DNA of 64,000 bases from an uncultured Planctomycetota bacterium (GTDB lineage Bacteria > Planctomycetota > Planctomycetia > Isosphaerales > Isosphaeraceae), in NCBI GenBank assembly GCA_963823665.1, contig CAWGMQ010000005.1:1408001-1472000 (forward strand). The letters run 5' to 3'. Within the stretch, counting starts at the first letter, position 1, and every line of letters begins with the position of its first letter. The position numbers and the translations under genes were made by a program. The notes beneath the pieces were generated by a model, which saw only the letters and a list, made by a program, of their open reading frames with translations, was not told where the DNA came from and ran no database searches. Shown here piece after piece: positions 52,954-64,000 of the stretch.

Positions 52954-55900
52954 GAGTTCGAGTTCGGGACTTCGTTCGCGTCGACGCCGTTAGGAGGAAT
53001 TAGCGGCTATTACTTCGGATGGATTCAATCAGGAGATGTCAACGGCCAAGGTGTCATGGATTCAACTGGCACGGCCAGCAATGCTTTCGTCCAGGCGAGT
53101 GACAGCACGGCCTGGACGTTCAGGCCCGGCTACGCCTATTCGATGGAGGCCAGTTTTGAGGCCAACGACGTCGTGGGCAACAATCCGGTCGTGCGCCAGT
53201 ATGCGGATCCCGCGACCGTAGCCCAACAGGTTGTGCTCGATCAACCCATCGTCGGGACGATCACCGGCGCGGGCACCTACGCGTTCTATTCCGACACAAC
53301 CGCGAACGACATTATTCCTGAGCTACTCCAACCTGTTGGAAACTTGAGCAACCCGAGTTCCCTGACATGGAAGGTGGTGGCGCAGGGAAAGGTGCGCACC
53401 GTCATGCAGGGCACCAACAGGTGGAACCTCGATTTCCCGGCGGGTACCTATCCCAGCGGGCTCTACTTCGGATGGGAGGATACCGGGGATTCCGGCAAAG
53501 GCGCCATCATGTACGATTCCGGAACCGCCAGCAATGCTTTCATCAACATCGGCGGCTCCTCGACATGGACATATACGCCAGGCTTCGCCTATTCGATGCA
53601 AGCCAGCTTCATCACCGAAGCCGCGGGGCTTGATACGCCGGAGACGATCGCCGTCTCGAGCGATGGCAATTCGTTCGTCACGGGTGACAGTCTGGGCAAC
53701 ATCGCGACCTGGACCAAGCAACCCCAGGACGACGGAACATTCCAGCTCAGCACGAGCGTTGGGTGGTCTCTGGCCTCGGCATCAACGGTGGCTTCAGGGG
53801 GCCAAGTCTCTGCCGTGAATGTTGCCCTGGCCGACGATGGCTCGACACAAGTCACATCCGCTTCACCCGGGTCGACTGGGCCCAATTCGTCGATCGTCTC
53901 GGCCAACGGCATACTCTTTGGCGTGAACGCGGCGTCGAGCCAGATCCAGTACTCTTTTGACGGTGGAACCACCTGGCAATTCGCCACGGTGGACGGCTCG
54001 ACCAGCGGCGAGCTCCCATCAACCGCCGCCGAAAACACAGCGGGGTTCCCATTCGCCAACGATACATTCGATCTCGACGGCGGCGCTGCAAGTTTGGCGT
54101 CGAACGGAAGCACGCTGCTCGTCGGCGTGCCGGCTGGCCAGCTCGACAACGACTCGACCAATTATTACAACGGAAGCATCCCGACCACGACAATTTCCAC
54201 GAACAACACCACGCAGTCCCAGGGTGCCCAGTCGGGGGTGGTGCTCGCCTTTCAAATCAATGCCGATGATTCCCACACTTTTGAACAGGTTTTCGCCGGG
54301 TGGACAGGCTCGGAAGTGCAGAACGCGCACTTCGGCTCGTTCATGGCCATGAACGGAAACACGGCCCTGATCTCGTACCAGAATTCCCTCGAGATCTGGC
54401 AGTACAACACAACTGTCGCCAATGGTTGGGCGCAGCAAAGCGGGATTCAAAGCTCAGGCTCCCTCCCGGGAGCCAACCTCGTTTTCGCCATCGATGGAGA
54501 CACGCTGATCACGGAGCTTCTTGCCGCCGGGGCGTCAACCCCGACGGTCCGGATTTATCAAGAGAGTGGCTCGACGTGGAACCAGACAGCGAGCTTCCCG
54601 ATCGATCCCATCGCCGTCACCATTTCGGGCAACACGGCCTCGGCGACGGACACCAGTGGTATTCTCCACATCCTCAAGCAAAACGCGGCCGGCGTGTGGA
54701 ATGACATCCAGGATATTAACACCGCCACGTCCACTCCCAATTCGACGGCGACGCTCTCCACGCTCTCCGCGACCCGCCCGCCCGCCCGACAATAATAACC
54801 CGCCTTACCTCTGACGGATCCAGGTCATCGGATTCAACGTCACGCAAGGAGTCCAAACCTCCGGCAGTCCTGACGTGTACATTTCCAGCGACCTCGGCAC
54901 CTCCCAGCCCACAAACGAGAATTACCTCTATTCGTTCCCGTCCGAAGTCGCTCAGTACGAGTATCCGGGTAACGATACGTACTTGCTTGACAATTTCCCC
55001 GTGACGACGGTGAGTCCAGGCACCACAGTTTTTTGGGTTCGACAATCAAATTCGAACTCCGACAGCAACAACGGCAACCCGTACTATGGAATTGTGCAGT
55101 TCAGCCCGGCGACAAGTTATAGCCCCGGGACGATCACGGATTACCAGGTGAGCCCGAACGGTGGCACAACGACCACCTCGTCCCCGAATTTACTATCCGC
55201 CGTTTATAGTTACGACAGTGCCGGTCGTTATATCCGCGTGACGGAGATTTATGACTGCAGCATAAGCTGGGACCAATCCGGTGACACCGGAGCGATCGAT
55301 CTCTATGTTCAAGTCAGCGTCGACGAGGCAGACCCGATCGTCCCCGTAAACACCGACACCTCCGGTTCGCTCGGCAATCTGGTCGCGATCGGTCAGACAC
55401 AAGGCACCACCGCGGTGTACGCCGAGTCGGAGCTGCAGAGCGGATGGTTCAATGCCGGAGGGGCCGTCACCGGCATCGCGCTTTCCCCCGACGGCTCGAC
55501 GGTCTACGCCACCGCCACGAATGCATCATCCGGCTCCGGCGTTCTCTATGTGCTCGACCAAGGGGCGATCAACCCGGCCGCGCCCAGCACGCTGCAACTA
55601 CAACTGGCACCGGCGGGCTCCGACCCCGATCCCGTGACCTTCGGGCCGGGTGCCGACGGGAGCACGAGCGGCCTCAGCTCGGTCAACCTGAGCCCCGACG
55701 GCACCGACCTCTACGTGACCGAGCAGTCCGGCGCCGTGTGGATGTTCGCTCGGAATGCCAACAATTCGCTGGGAACGCAAACGATGTTTCCAGCGAGCGC
55801 CAACAACCTGGATGGCGTTGCGGCCTCCGCGACGGAAGCGGCGTTCACTTTGCCGAGCGACGGTCAGACGCAGCAGTTCATCGTCACCGCCGGTGCCGGC

Positions 55901-58900
55901 GCGAACACACTCGCCACGTTCCAGCTTCTCAATGGCCAGATCATCGCCGATCAAGGGAGCAATCCCGACGGTACGAACGGGCTGGGTCAGGGCGACCCCA
56001 CCGATCTCGTCCACCAGATTCAAGCGCTCACACTGAACCCCACCGCCAGCCCAGTTGCGGGCGTGAGCCAGGTCTTCTACGCTGCACGCGCCGCTCGACA
56101 ATTCGATCTTCGTGCTCAATCGAAGCTCAGCAGGTGTCACCACCGTCGTGCAGCGATTGACGGACGGCGTGATTGGCGCCTCGGGCACCGCCGACTCGAA
56201 CCTGGCCGGGGCGGCCTGCATTGCGGTCAGTCCCGACGGCCAGTACGTCTACATCGCATCGACCAAGGACGGCGCTGTTGCCGTTTATGAACGGGTTCAA
56301 CTCACGAGTAGTAGTGGAGTCGCCTTCGACGGGCTTGAGTATGTCAATGCGTACACGACGAGCGTCTTCGATACGACAGCGACGACCTCCCAGACCGCCA
56401 CGATCGCCGTGTCGCCCGACGGCAATAACGTCTATGTCAGCGGGCCGAACGGTCTGGAGGGCTTTGTTCGTGACCCCAGTACCGGGTTGTTGCCCCAAGC
56501 TTTGAGCCCGGTGCTCGCCCACACGGTGTCCGACATCATCTTCTCCGAGGACGGCACGCGAGCCTATGCGGTCTCACCATCCACCAACGAGCTGCTCGTG
56601 TTCAACCGCGCGACGGGTGGTTTGCTGACGAATCTGGCGTCCTATAACACGCGACTAGACGATCCAGAATCCGTCGTGCTCGGCAGCGCGATCGACGCCG
56701 CGACCCAGACCACGGTCGACGACCAGTTCGTCTATGTGGCCTCAGCCGGCAACAACTCGATCGCGGTGTTCGACGAATTTAGCGCCGACGGCACCGACAC
56801 GAAGATCGACGGCAACCTGCATTTCGTGCAAATCGTGCGTGAAGGCGTGAACGGCGTGGCCGGCTTGGGCGGCGTGAGCGTTCTCCAGGAGAGCGCCGCG
56901 GTGAACGATACCACGTTGCAGTTCAATGCGGCCGAGCTGAACGTGACAACCGATACCATCACCATGCCGACCGCGGACGGCCTGGTGACGGGGCAGAACA
57001 TCTGGTTTGACCAGGACGGGCAAGCACCCGGCGGCGTGAACACCACAGCCGGCACGCCCTATTACGTCCGCTCGCTCAACAACTTCAGCTTCCAGCTTTT
57101 CACGACCGCCGCGGGGGCCGTGGCGGACGACCTGATGCAACTGGTCCCCCTCACGACGGCGGGCACGAACGGCGCGTATGTCTTGCATACCAGCCTGCCC
57201 GCCGGTGCGTTCTTGTACGCCCTGGGCACCCAGTCGAACACCATCGCAGTCTTCGCACGCGATACCAACTCGGCGAGCCCGACCGCCGGCCAGCTCTCGT
57301 TCCTCCAGGAGATTGCCAACGAAGTCGGCAATTCCACGGGCGGTGCGAACGATGGTCTCTATGAGCCCAATTCGATCGCGGCGCCGGCCGACACCGTGAT
57401 CGGAAACGATCCGGTCATGGGCATGAGCGCGGGTACCACGACGCTCGCCAAGCAATTTGTGCTGGACCAACCCATCAATACGACGATCACCACGCAGAGC
57501 GTCTACACGTTCTACGCGGGCACCACCGGCGGCACCATCACTCCGGAGTTATTCGCACCCGTCGGAGACTTGAGCGATCCGAGCACGCTCTCCTGGACGC
57601 TGGTCGCATCCGGAACGACGCGCACCATCACGAATCTCGGCCTCAATGAGTTCGAGATGGGGTTCCCGTCGGGTACCTCGGGAATCGGGCTCTACTTCGG
57701 ATGGTCTGACAGCGGTGACTCGATGCACAACACCGCCGTCGAAGTCAATCTCGGAACGACCAGCAACGCCTTCTACGAGGGAAGCGGCAGCACGACATGG
57801 ACGTACGCGCCAGGCTCCGCCTATTCGATGCAAGCCAGTTTCGGCGATACATCCTCGGTGTATGTCGGTTCCGGATTCGACCCCGTACTGATCGGCGCAC
57901 CCGGCGGTTTCGTCACGCTGAACAACAATGCCAATGACAGTGTCTCGCTGCCGCCCGGCGAGACGGATTTGACCTACACGAACATCAGCGCCCTGGACAT
58001 CACCGCCGGCTCGGGTGATGACACCGTCACTGTGAACCAGGCTCCGACAAACGGGAATACCGCGCCAGTGGCGATTCCATTCGCCATCAACAACGGCTCG
58101 GGGGCTGACTCGGTCACCTTGAACGATGCGGGCAACAACGTGACCACATCGGTCAACCTGGGCAACGGCGAAAACACCTTCACCATGGACTCGAGCCGTC
58201 AGAACTCGACCGGCGCGGTCGTCGATGTGAGCATGGGCAGCGGCTCCGACTCGGTCATGATCGTGCAAGTGGCGCCGAACACCGACTTGACCGTCAACAC
58301 GCAGGGGCCAACCGCGGAGGACGTCACGGCCCCGGCGATCCCGAGCAGCAGCGGCGTGACGATCAACAGCCCAACGGCCACCAAGCTCGTCTATCAACTG
58401 AGAGGGACGGAAGACAACTCTGATTTCGTCAACGCCGACGGCAACCAACTTCAGTTGGGCTGGCAGGACCCGAACACGCCTTACGGCAGCCTGACGACCT
58501 CGGTTGGCGGTGAAGACGAGGTACCGACGGCTTCGACCTTTGCGAGCTCCGATGACTGGCCGGTGGCCATCATCGACCCGTCGCTCGACCGCGACAACTC
58601 CAACGAGCCTTCGGGCGCCGGCCCTGCCGGCAACCTGACGGTTTACGCAGGAGACAGCGTCACGCTGCAAAGCGATAGCACCATCCCGCAACCGACGCTC
58701 GATTCCGATCAAACGGCGACCGTCAGCTATGCGTGGGACCTTACCGGTGTCGGCCTCTTCACCGACCTGGTGACCTCGAGCGCCCAGACCACCCTGAGCT
58801 GGGCCGACCTTGTGGATTTCGGCTTCGGCGCCAAGGGGGGCAGTGCCGACCATGGTCTCAGCTACTATCCCCTGGGTCTGCAAGTCACTCTGACCGTCAA

Positions 58901-61900
58901 AACGTTCGATCCCACTGTCGACCTGGTACCGCAAATCACGAGCGTCGAGCAGAGTGAAATCTATGTTCCCGTAACGGTCATCGACCCCGGTCCGACGGTC
59001 ACGAGCGGCGGATCCTCCGGCGCGAGCATCACGATGAGCCTGGGAGGCGATCCCTACGCGCTCGATCTCGCCGCGGTCCAGGACCCGACGGGCGATCAAC
59101 TGGTCACGACCGAGGTAACCTGGGGCGATAGCGGTACGAATGAGGTCCCCCAGGACTTCGCGGCGGACCTGGTCCCCACGCATTACTATCAAAGTCCGGG
59201 TACGTATACGGTCACCGCGTCGGTCGTGGACGAGGATGGCGATTCGAACGCTGTTCCCTACACGACCACGGTCAACGTCGTGTTTGACGCGACCTCGCTG
59301 AGTCCGGGCAGCGCCTATGCGATCGACCAGGGCCAGGGAGTCTCGTTGTTTGGTGCAGCGGCCGGGTCGCCCACCGGATTCGAGTGGATCGTGAACGGCC
59401 AGAACGCCGGGGCCGGGACTGCCGGTGCGTTCAATTCGCAGACCGAGAGCGTCAGCGATAGTCTGACGCTGACCTGGGCCGAGCTGAAAAGCCTGGGCGT
59501 CACGGGCAGCCAGGCCAGAACAGCTTCAATGTCGAGCTACGTGCCAACTACGCGGGCGCCTCGGCCGCGATCACTTCGAACCCGACGATCCTGGTCGTCA
59601 CCGACGTCGGGCCGACCGCGACCTTCACGAATAGCGGACCAGTCGACCAGGGCCAGGCGGCGACGGTCAGTTTGATGGCGAGCGATCTCAACGGTCCGAC
59701 CGCCACGCTCTCCTACAGCTATAACTATGGTAGCGGATTTGTGGCGGGTGGACCGACCTTTACGTTGCCCGCGTCGCTTTCGCCAGGCAATCACGTGATC
59801 ACAGGTGAGATCAGCGATGGAACGATCACCCAGACCTATACCACCACGGTGATGATCGTCGACCTGGCGCCGCAATCGAGCTTGGACGCCGGCACGAACA
59901 GTATGCAGGTCGTGAGCGTAGGTGCCACCGCATCCGTCGGCGGTACGTTCGTTAACCCCGGCGGCGCAGCGGTCACGTTCTCGGCGTCGCTGGGCACGGT
60001 CAGTCAGAATCCCTCCGCCGGAACGTGGAGCTGGAGTTACACTCCCACCTCAAGCGCACCAGAGACGACGGTCACCATCACCGTCACCGACGCGGAAGGC
60101 GACACGGCGCAGCAGTCGTTCGGTTTGCTGGTCCAGGACGTGGCGCCCACTGGAACATTCAACGTTCCCGCGAGCTGCAACCAGGGTGATGCGGTCAGCG
60201 TGAGCTTCACGGGCGTCACGGACCCATCTTCGGCCGAGACCGCCGCCGGGTTCAGCTACTTCTATGACCTCGGCGATGGGAAAGGCTTTGTGGCAGGCAG
60301 CGCGACAGAGGCGGTCCCGGCGGCTGTCGTCGCGAACAGCGGCACGGTGACCATTCTCGGGCGGGTCGTCGATAAGAATGGTTCATACACGCAATACAGT
60401 GGCGTCCTGACGGTTAACGACGTGGTGGCCCAGATCACAAGCGTGGCGGTCACGCCCACGACATTCACGATTGGTCAACTCGTCACGGTTACCGGCACGT
60501 TCGGCGTGGACCCCGGCGTGAACGATACGCACACCGTGCGCATCGCATGGGGAGACTCGAACGCGGACCTGCTCTCCCCTGGGACAACGCTCGCGGTCAC
60601 CGCAGGCGGAACAGGTTACAGCAACGCTTCCAACGTCCAGGTCACCGGAGCGGAACCGGGATGACCGTGCAAATTGCGACCACGAGCGGGGCGATCACGG
60701 GCCTGCAAATCTCGAATCCCGGCACGGGCTACAAGCCTGGCGACGTGCTTACCGTCGACCGAGGCAGCGTTGCCGGCAACGCCAAGCTGTTGCTGGTGGG
60801 AATCTTCAATGCAAACACAAGGACGTTCACCGCGGTCCATACCTACGCGGGCCAAACCGTCTCAAACCCCGTTTCGATCACGGTGACGGTTGCCGACAAT
60901 GGCGGAGTCGAGGATCAAAAGACCCTCACGGCAATCGCCAAGGGTGCTCCCACGGTGCTCACCTGGAGCACCCCGATCGCCATCACTTACGGTACGGCCT
61001 TGAGCAGCACCGAGCTCAACGCCAGTGTCATGGTCCCGGGGAGCTTCGTCTACAATCCACCCGTCGGTACCGTTCTGCATGCCGGCACAACCAGACGCTC
61101 AGCGTCAGCTTCACGCCGACCGACATGGTCGACTACTTGCCCGCCACCGCGACGGTCTCGATCGACGTGAGCAAGGCCACACCTGTCATCACGTGGACCG
61201 CGCCAGCCCCTCTTGGCGCGGGCCAGGCCCTGAGCGCCACCCAGCTCGACGCCAGCACTGGTGTTGCAGGCACGTTTGTTTACAGTCCCGCGCTCGGCAC
61301 CGTTCTCGATGTCGGAAACAACCAGACGCTTGGCGTCACCTTCACGCCCGCGGACACGACCGATTACACGAGCGCGTCGGGCACGGTAACCATCAACGTG
61401 GCGCAGGCAACGCCGGCGATCACCTGGGCCAACCCGGCGAACATCATTCTCGGCACGGCCCTTGGGGCCACCCAGCTCGATGCGACGGCCAGCGTGCCCG
61501 GACAGTTCGCCTATAGCCCGCCCGCAGGCACCGTCCTCAGTGCGGGCAGTCAAACCCTCTCGGTGACTTTCACGCCCACCGACACGACCGATTACACGAG
61601 CCTCTTCGGACACCGTCACGATCTACGTGGCGCTCACGACACAGACAACGTCGACGATCACGTGGGCCAGCCCGGCGAGCATCACGTACGGTACGGTCCT
61701 CGGGGCCTCGCAGCTCGATGCGACGGCCAGCGTGCCCGGTCAGTTCACCTATAGCCCGGTTGCAGGCACTGTCCTCAGCGCGGGGAATCAGAGCCTCTCG
61801 GTGACGTTCACGCCCAGCGACTCGACCGATTACTCGAGCGCCTCGGGGATGGTTACACTCAATGTCGAAAAACCCGCGCCGCCTCCTCCGGTGATGGTCA

Positions 61901-62280
61901 TCGGCGAGCAAGCGGTATTCCAGCGCAAGCTGAAGAAGGGCAAACCGGTCGGAAAGTCGGTTCTGGTCGGATACATGCTCGACTTCAGCGCTCCGCTCAA
62001 CCCGGCGGCGGCCAATCGGGCCAATTTCCAGGTCGCCACGATGACCACCAAGAAAGTCAAGAAGAAGGTCACGCACATCTTGCAGCCGATCACGAGTTTC
62101 AACGTCTCTTACGTGCCCGCGAACGACGCGGTCGATATCACCTTCAGCGGAACGGAGACGTTTCCGACGGGTGGTCAAATCACGGTTCTCAGCGGTGTGA
62201 CGGGCGCGACCGGCGGAGCGCTCACGGGCACCACCATCTTCACGATCGCTCCGAAAGGAACCAGAATCAGTCCGGGCTAA
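52945..62280 (+). pseudogene. Headless giant surface-protein gene (~3,100 aa): lactonase-type beta-propeller blades, PKD/Ig domains, four Ig-like repeats, basic C-terminal domain
   Basis: IAVSPDGQYVY-type blades, PTHYYQSPGTYTVT PKD motif, ITWA.PA.I.YGT.L...QLDAT repeats. About six frameshifts; begins mid-domain. Confidence 0.8.
60945..61870 (+). repeat. Four tandem ~76-aa Ig-like repeats
   Basis: TW..P..I..G..L...(Q/E)L(D/N)A...V.G.F.Y.P..GTVL..G.Q.L.V.FTP.D..DY at ~230-bp period. Confidence 0.9.
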
Positions 62281-63025
62281 GCATGACAGGAGCGGTTCAC
62301 ATTGACCAGGGCTTCAAGAGCCGGTCCCCTGGCTCTCCGTGCATCATGGTATCCACGGAGATGGGTGCCATTGCGAGCAAAATCGCGCTAACGCCCTTTC
62401 CGACATGACCACAATCGCCCCCCCCGCGACGTCCAACGATTGTGAAACTCTCGTAAAATCCTCACCAGGGGGATGACATCGCGTTACTTGCTTGTTAGTG
62501 TGCTGAACTGGAGAAGCAGCTAGCAAAGGATCTGAAGTCTCGTTCCCTCGGGTTCCGCGGACAATTCTTTCTCCCGCGCACCTTGAGTAGCCAGTCGGGT
62601 CTGTGCGAGCTCGCCTGAAGGCACCAATGGTTTCCAACAGGCAAGCTCGCCGCACTGGCCAAGCAAAAAACCAAGGAATGACGATCCGAATGGATGCGCA
62701 GGCGGCGGCGCCCGACCATGGGCGCAAACGAACGAGTGCTTGAGGCATTGCGCACACTCGTTCAAGACTATATATAACCAATTGCACGCGCGCTGGGCGG
62801 GATCGATTTCTCGATCCCATTATCAGCGCACCGGCGCGGATCGTCCGCCCACTTTGTGGGGCGAGCGAAGTCGCGGTCCGGCCATGAGGCGGCAGATCTC
62901 GCTCGTTGGATCTGCTTCGCCTGTCAAATCGTCAGATACTTGATCGTGCGAGTCGTCAGAGAGGCGTTTCTGCTGCCACGGCCGGGGCCGTGTGTGGCTT
63001 GATCCTTGAACAGGAGGCACTTGCC

Positions 63026-64000
63026 ATGAGGTTGTTTTTTCGGAGTGCGGTCGGGTCGTGTTTGATTGTAGCCGCCATGAGCTCTCTTCCCGTGACGCGT
63101 GCTCAAGAGACACGCCAGATTCGGCCCGAGGTTGATCTGCTCAAGCAGTCAATTTGTGAGAAGCTCGAGGCGGCCGCCGACAAGCTCGGCCTGACCCCCG
63201 AGCAGCGAGATAAAATCAAGGAAACGCACAGCGCTTTCGAAGCCAAGCGCAAGGCGTTAAGAGAGCAGCATCACGAGCTCTTCCAGACCGACCTGAAGGC
63301 GATTGACGAGATCCTGACGCCCGAACAGCGAAACCAGGTCAAGGCCTTCATGGAAGATCGGCCCGAGGCGCAGGAAGAGGGCCAGGGACCGCTCAAGTGG
63401 ACGCAAGACGCCTCCGTGCGCGACACTCTCGGCCAGAAGCTCCGCTCAGCGGCGGAAAAGCTCGGGCTGACGTCCGATCAGCGGTATCAAATCAAGGACC
63501 GGCTCGCCGCCTCAACCGAAAAGTACCGCGATCAACGCCATGCTCGCCACGAGCTGGTCGACGCCGAGCGCAAGGCGATTTCCGAAATCTTGACGCCGGA
63601 GCAGCGCGAAAAGGCGCGGCATTACTTTGAACAGCGCGTCTTGACCGCGCCGATCGTTCAGTCAGTGTGCGCGCGGCTCCATGCGGCTGCCGAAAAACTG
63701 AATCTGACCGCGGAGCAGAGGAAGCAGATTCTCGAAACCCACGAGAGCTTCGACGAAAAGTACGACAAGCTGGCCGAAGATCGCCGCGAGCTTCTCAAGT
63801 CAGAGTTGAAAGCCGTTGGCGAAACACTCACGCCCGAACAGCGTGAGAAGGTGCGCAACTACTTCCAGGACCATCTTGTCGTGATCGACGTCCAGTTTGA
63901 CCCAAACAACCCGGAAGCCATGGCGATGCTCAAAGAGTCGATCGCAGACCGGCTCCAGGCCGCAGGCGAGAAGCTGGGACTGACCCAGGAACAGCGCGAC
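63026..64000 (+). CDS. Secreted Spy/CpxP-like protein with multiple LTxEQ repeats (runs off the window)
   Basis: CAGGAGG RBS, MRLFFRSAVGSCLIVAAM signal peptide, repeated KLGLTPEQR...EILTPEQR. Absent from the ORF track because no stop codon is reached. Confidence 0.85.
   Translation, partial: MRLFFRSAVGSCLIVAAMSSLPVTRAQETRQIRPEVDLLKQSICEKLEAAADKLGLTPEQRDKIKETHSAFEAKRKALREQHHELFQTDLKAIDEILTPEQRNQVKAFMEDRPEAQEEGQGPLKWTQDASVRDTLGQKLRSAAEKLGLTSDQRYQIKDRLAASTEKYRDQRHARHELVDAERKAISEILTPEQREKARHYFEQRVLTAPIVQSVCARLHAAAEKLNLTAEQRKQILETHESFDEKYDKLAEDRRELLKSELKAVGETLTPEQREKVRNYFQDHLVVIDVQFDPNNPEAMAMLKESIADRLQAAGEKLGLTQEQRD

Noticed and set aside
62344..63020. Small ORFs or a riboswitch in the intergenic region
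   Set aside because: No coding bias or recognisable RNA motif by eye; probably promoter region. A covariance-model search would be needed to exclude an RNA.

Overview
GC-rich window, most likely from a Planctomycetota genome (Isosphaeraceae-like; inferred from the RRLxxxxLEDRTLL export motif, ECF-sigma/Ser-Thr kinase pairs and sulfatases). Patchy frameshifts suggest an error-prone long-read assembly. Layout: (1) 1-11.5 kb is an accessory hotspot of short gene cassettes and gene fragments (orphan antitoxins, HNH pair, NucS-like and Uma2 nucleases, a RAYT-like transposase remnant, a tRNA-Val att remnant). These are separated by co-oriented REP-like motifs that sit exactly at gene breakpoints. 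(2) 12.3-29.1 kb is one ~16.8-kb frameshifted gene for a giant secreted adhesin-like protein, next to an ECF sigma and a TPR kinase. (3) 32.9-41.1 kb holds an STGP-motif orphan, a TauE exporter, two sulfatases, and an MNT-HEPN pair between duplicated sulfatase 3' ends. (4) 41.1-45.2 kb is a second toxin-antitoxin hotspot with an inverted copy of the tRNA-Val/HTH module. (5) 45.5-50.7 kb is an ECF sigma plus a kinase-NTPase-FGE gene. (6) 50.8-62.3 kb holds two headless giant surface-protein genes joined head-to-head at a 9-bp overlap. (7) A Spy/CpxP-repeat gene runs off the end. The best candidate for an undescribed system is REP-bounded capture or deletion of gene fragments that builds a cassette array rich in antitoxins whose toxins are clipped. 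All family calls are from motif recognition, not database searches.
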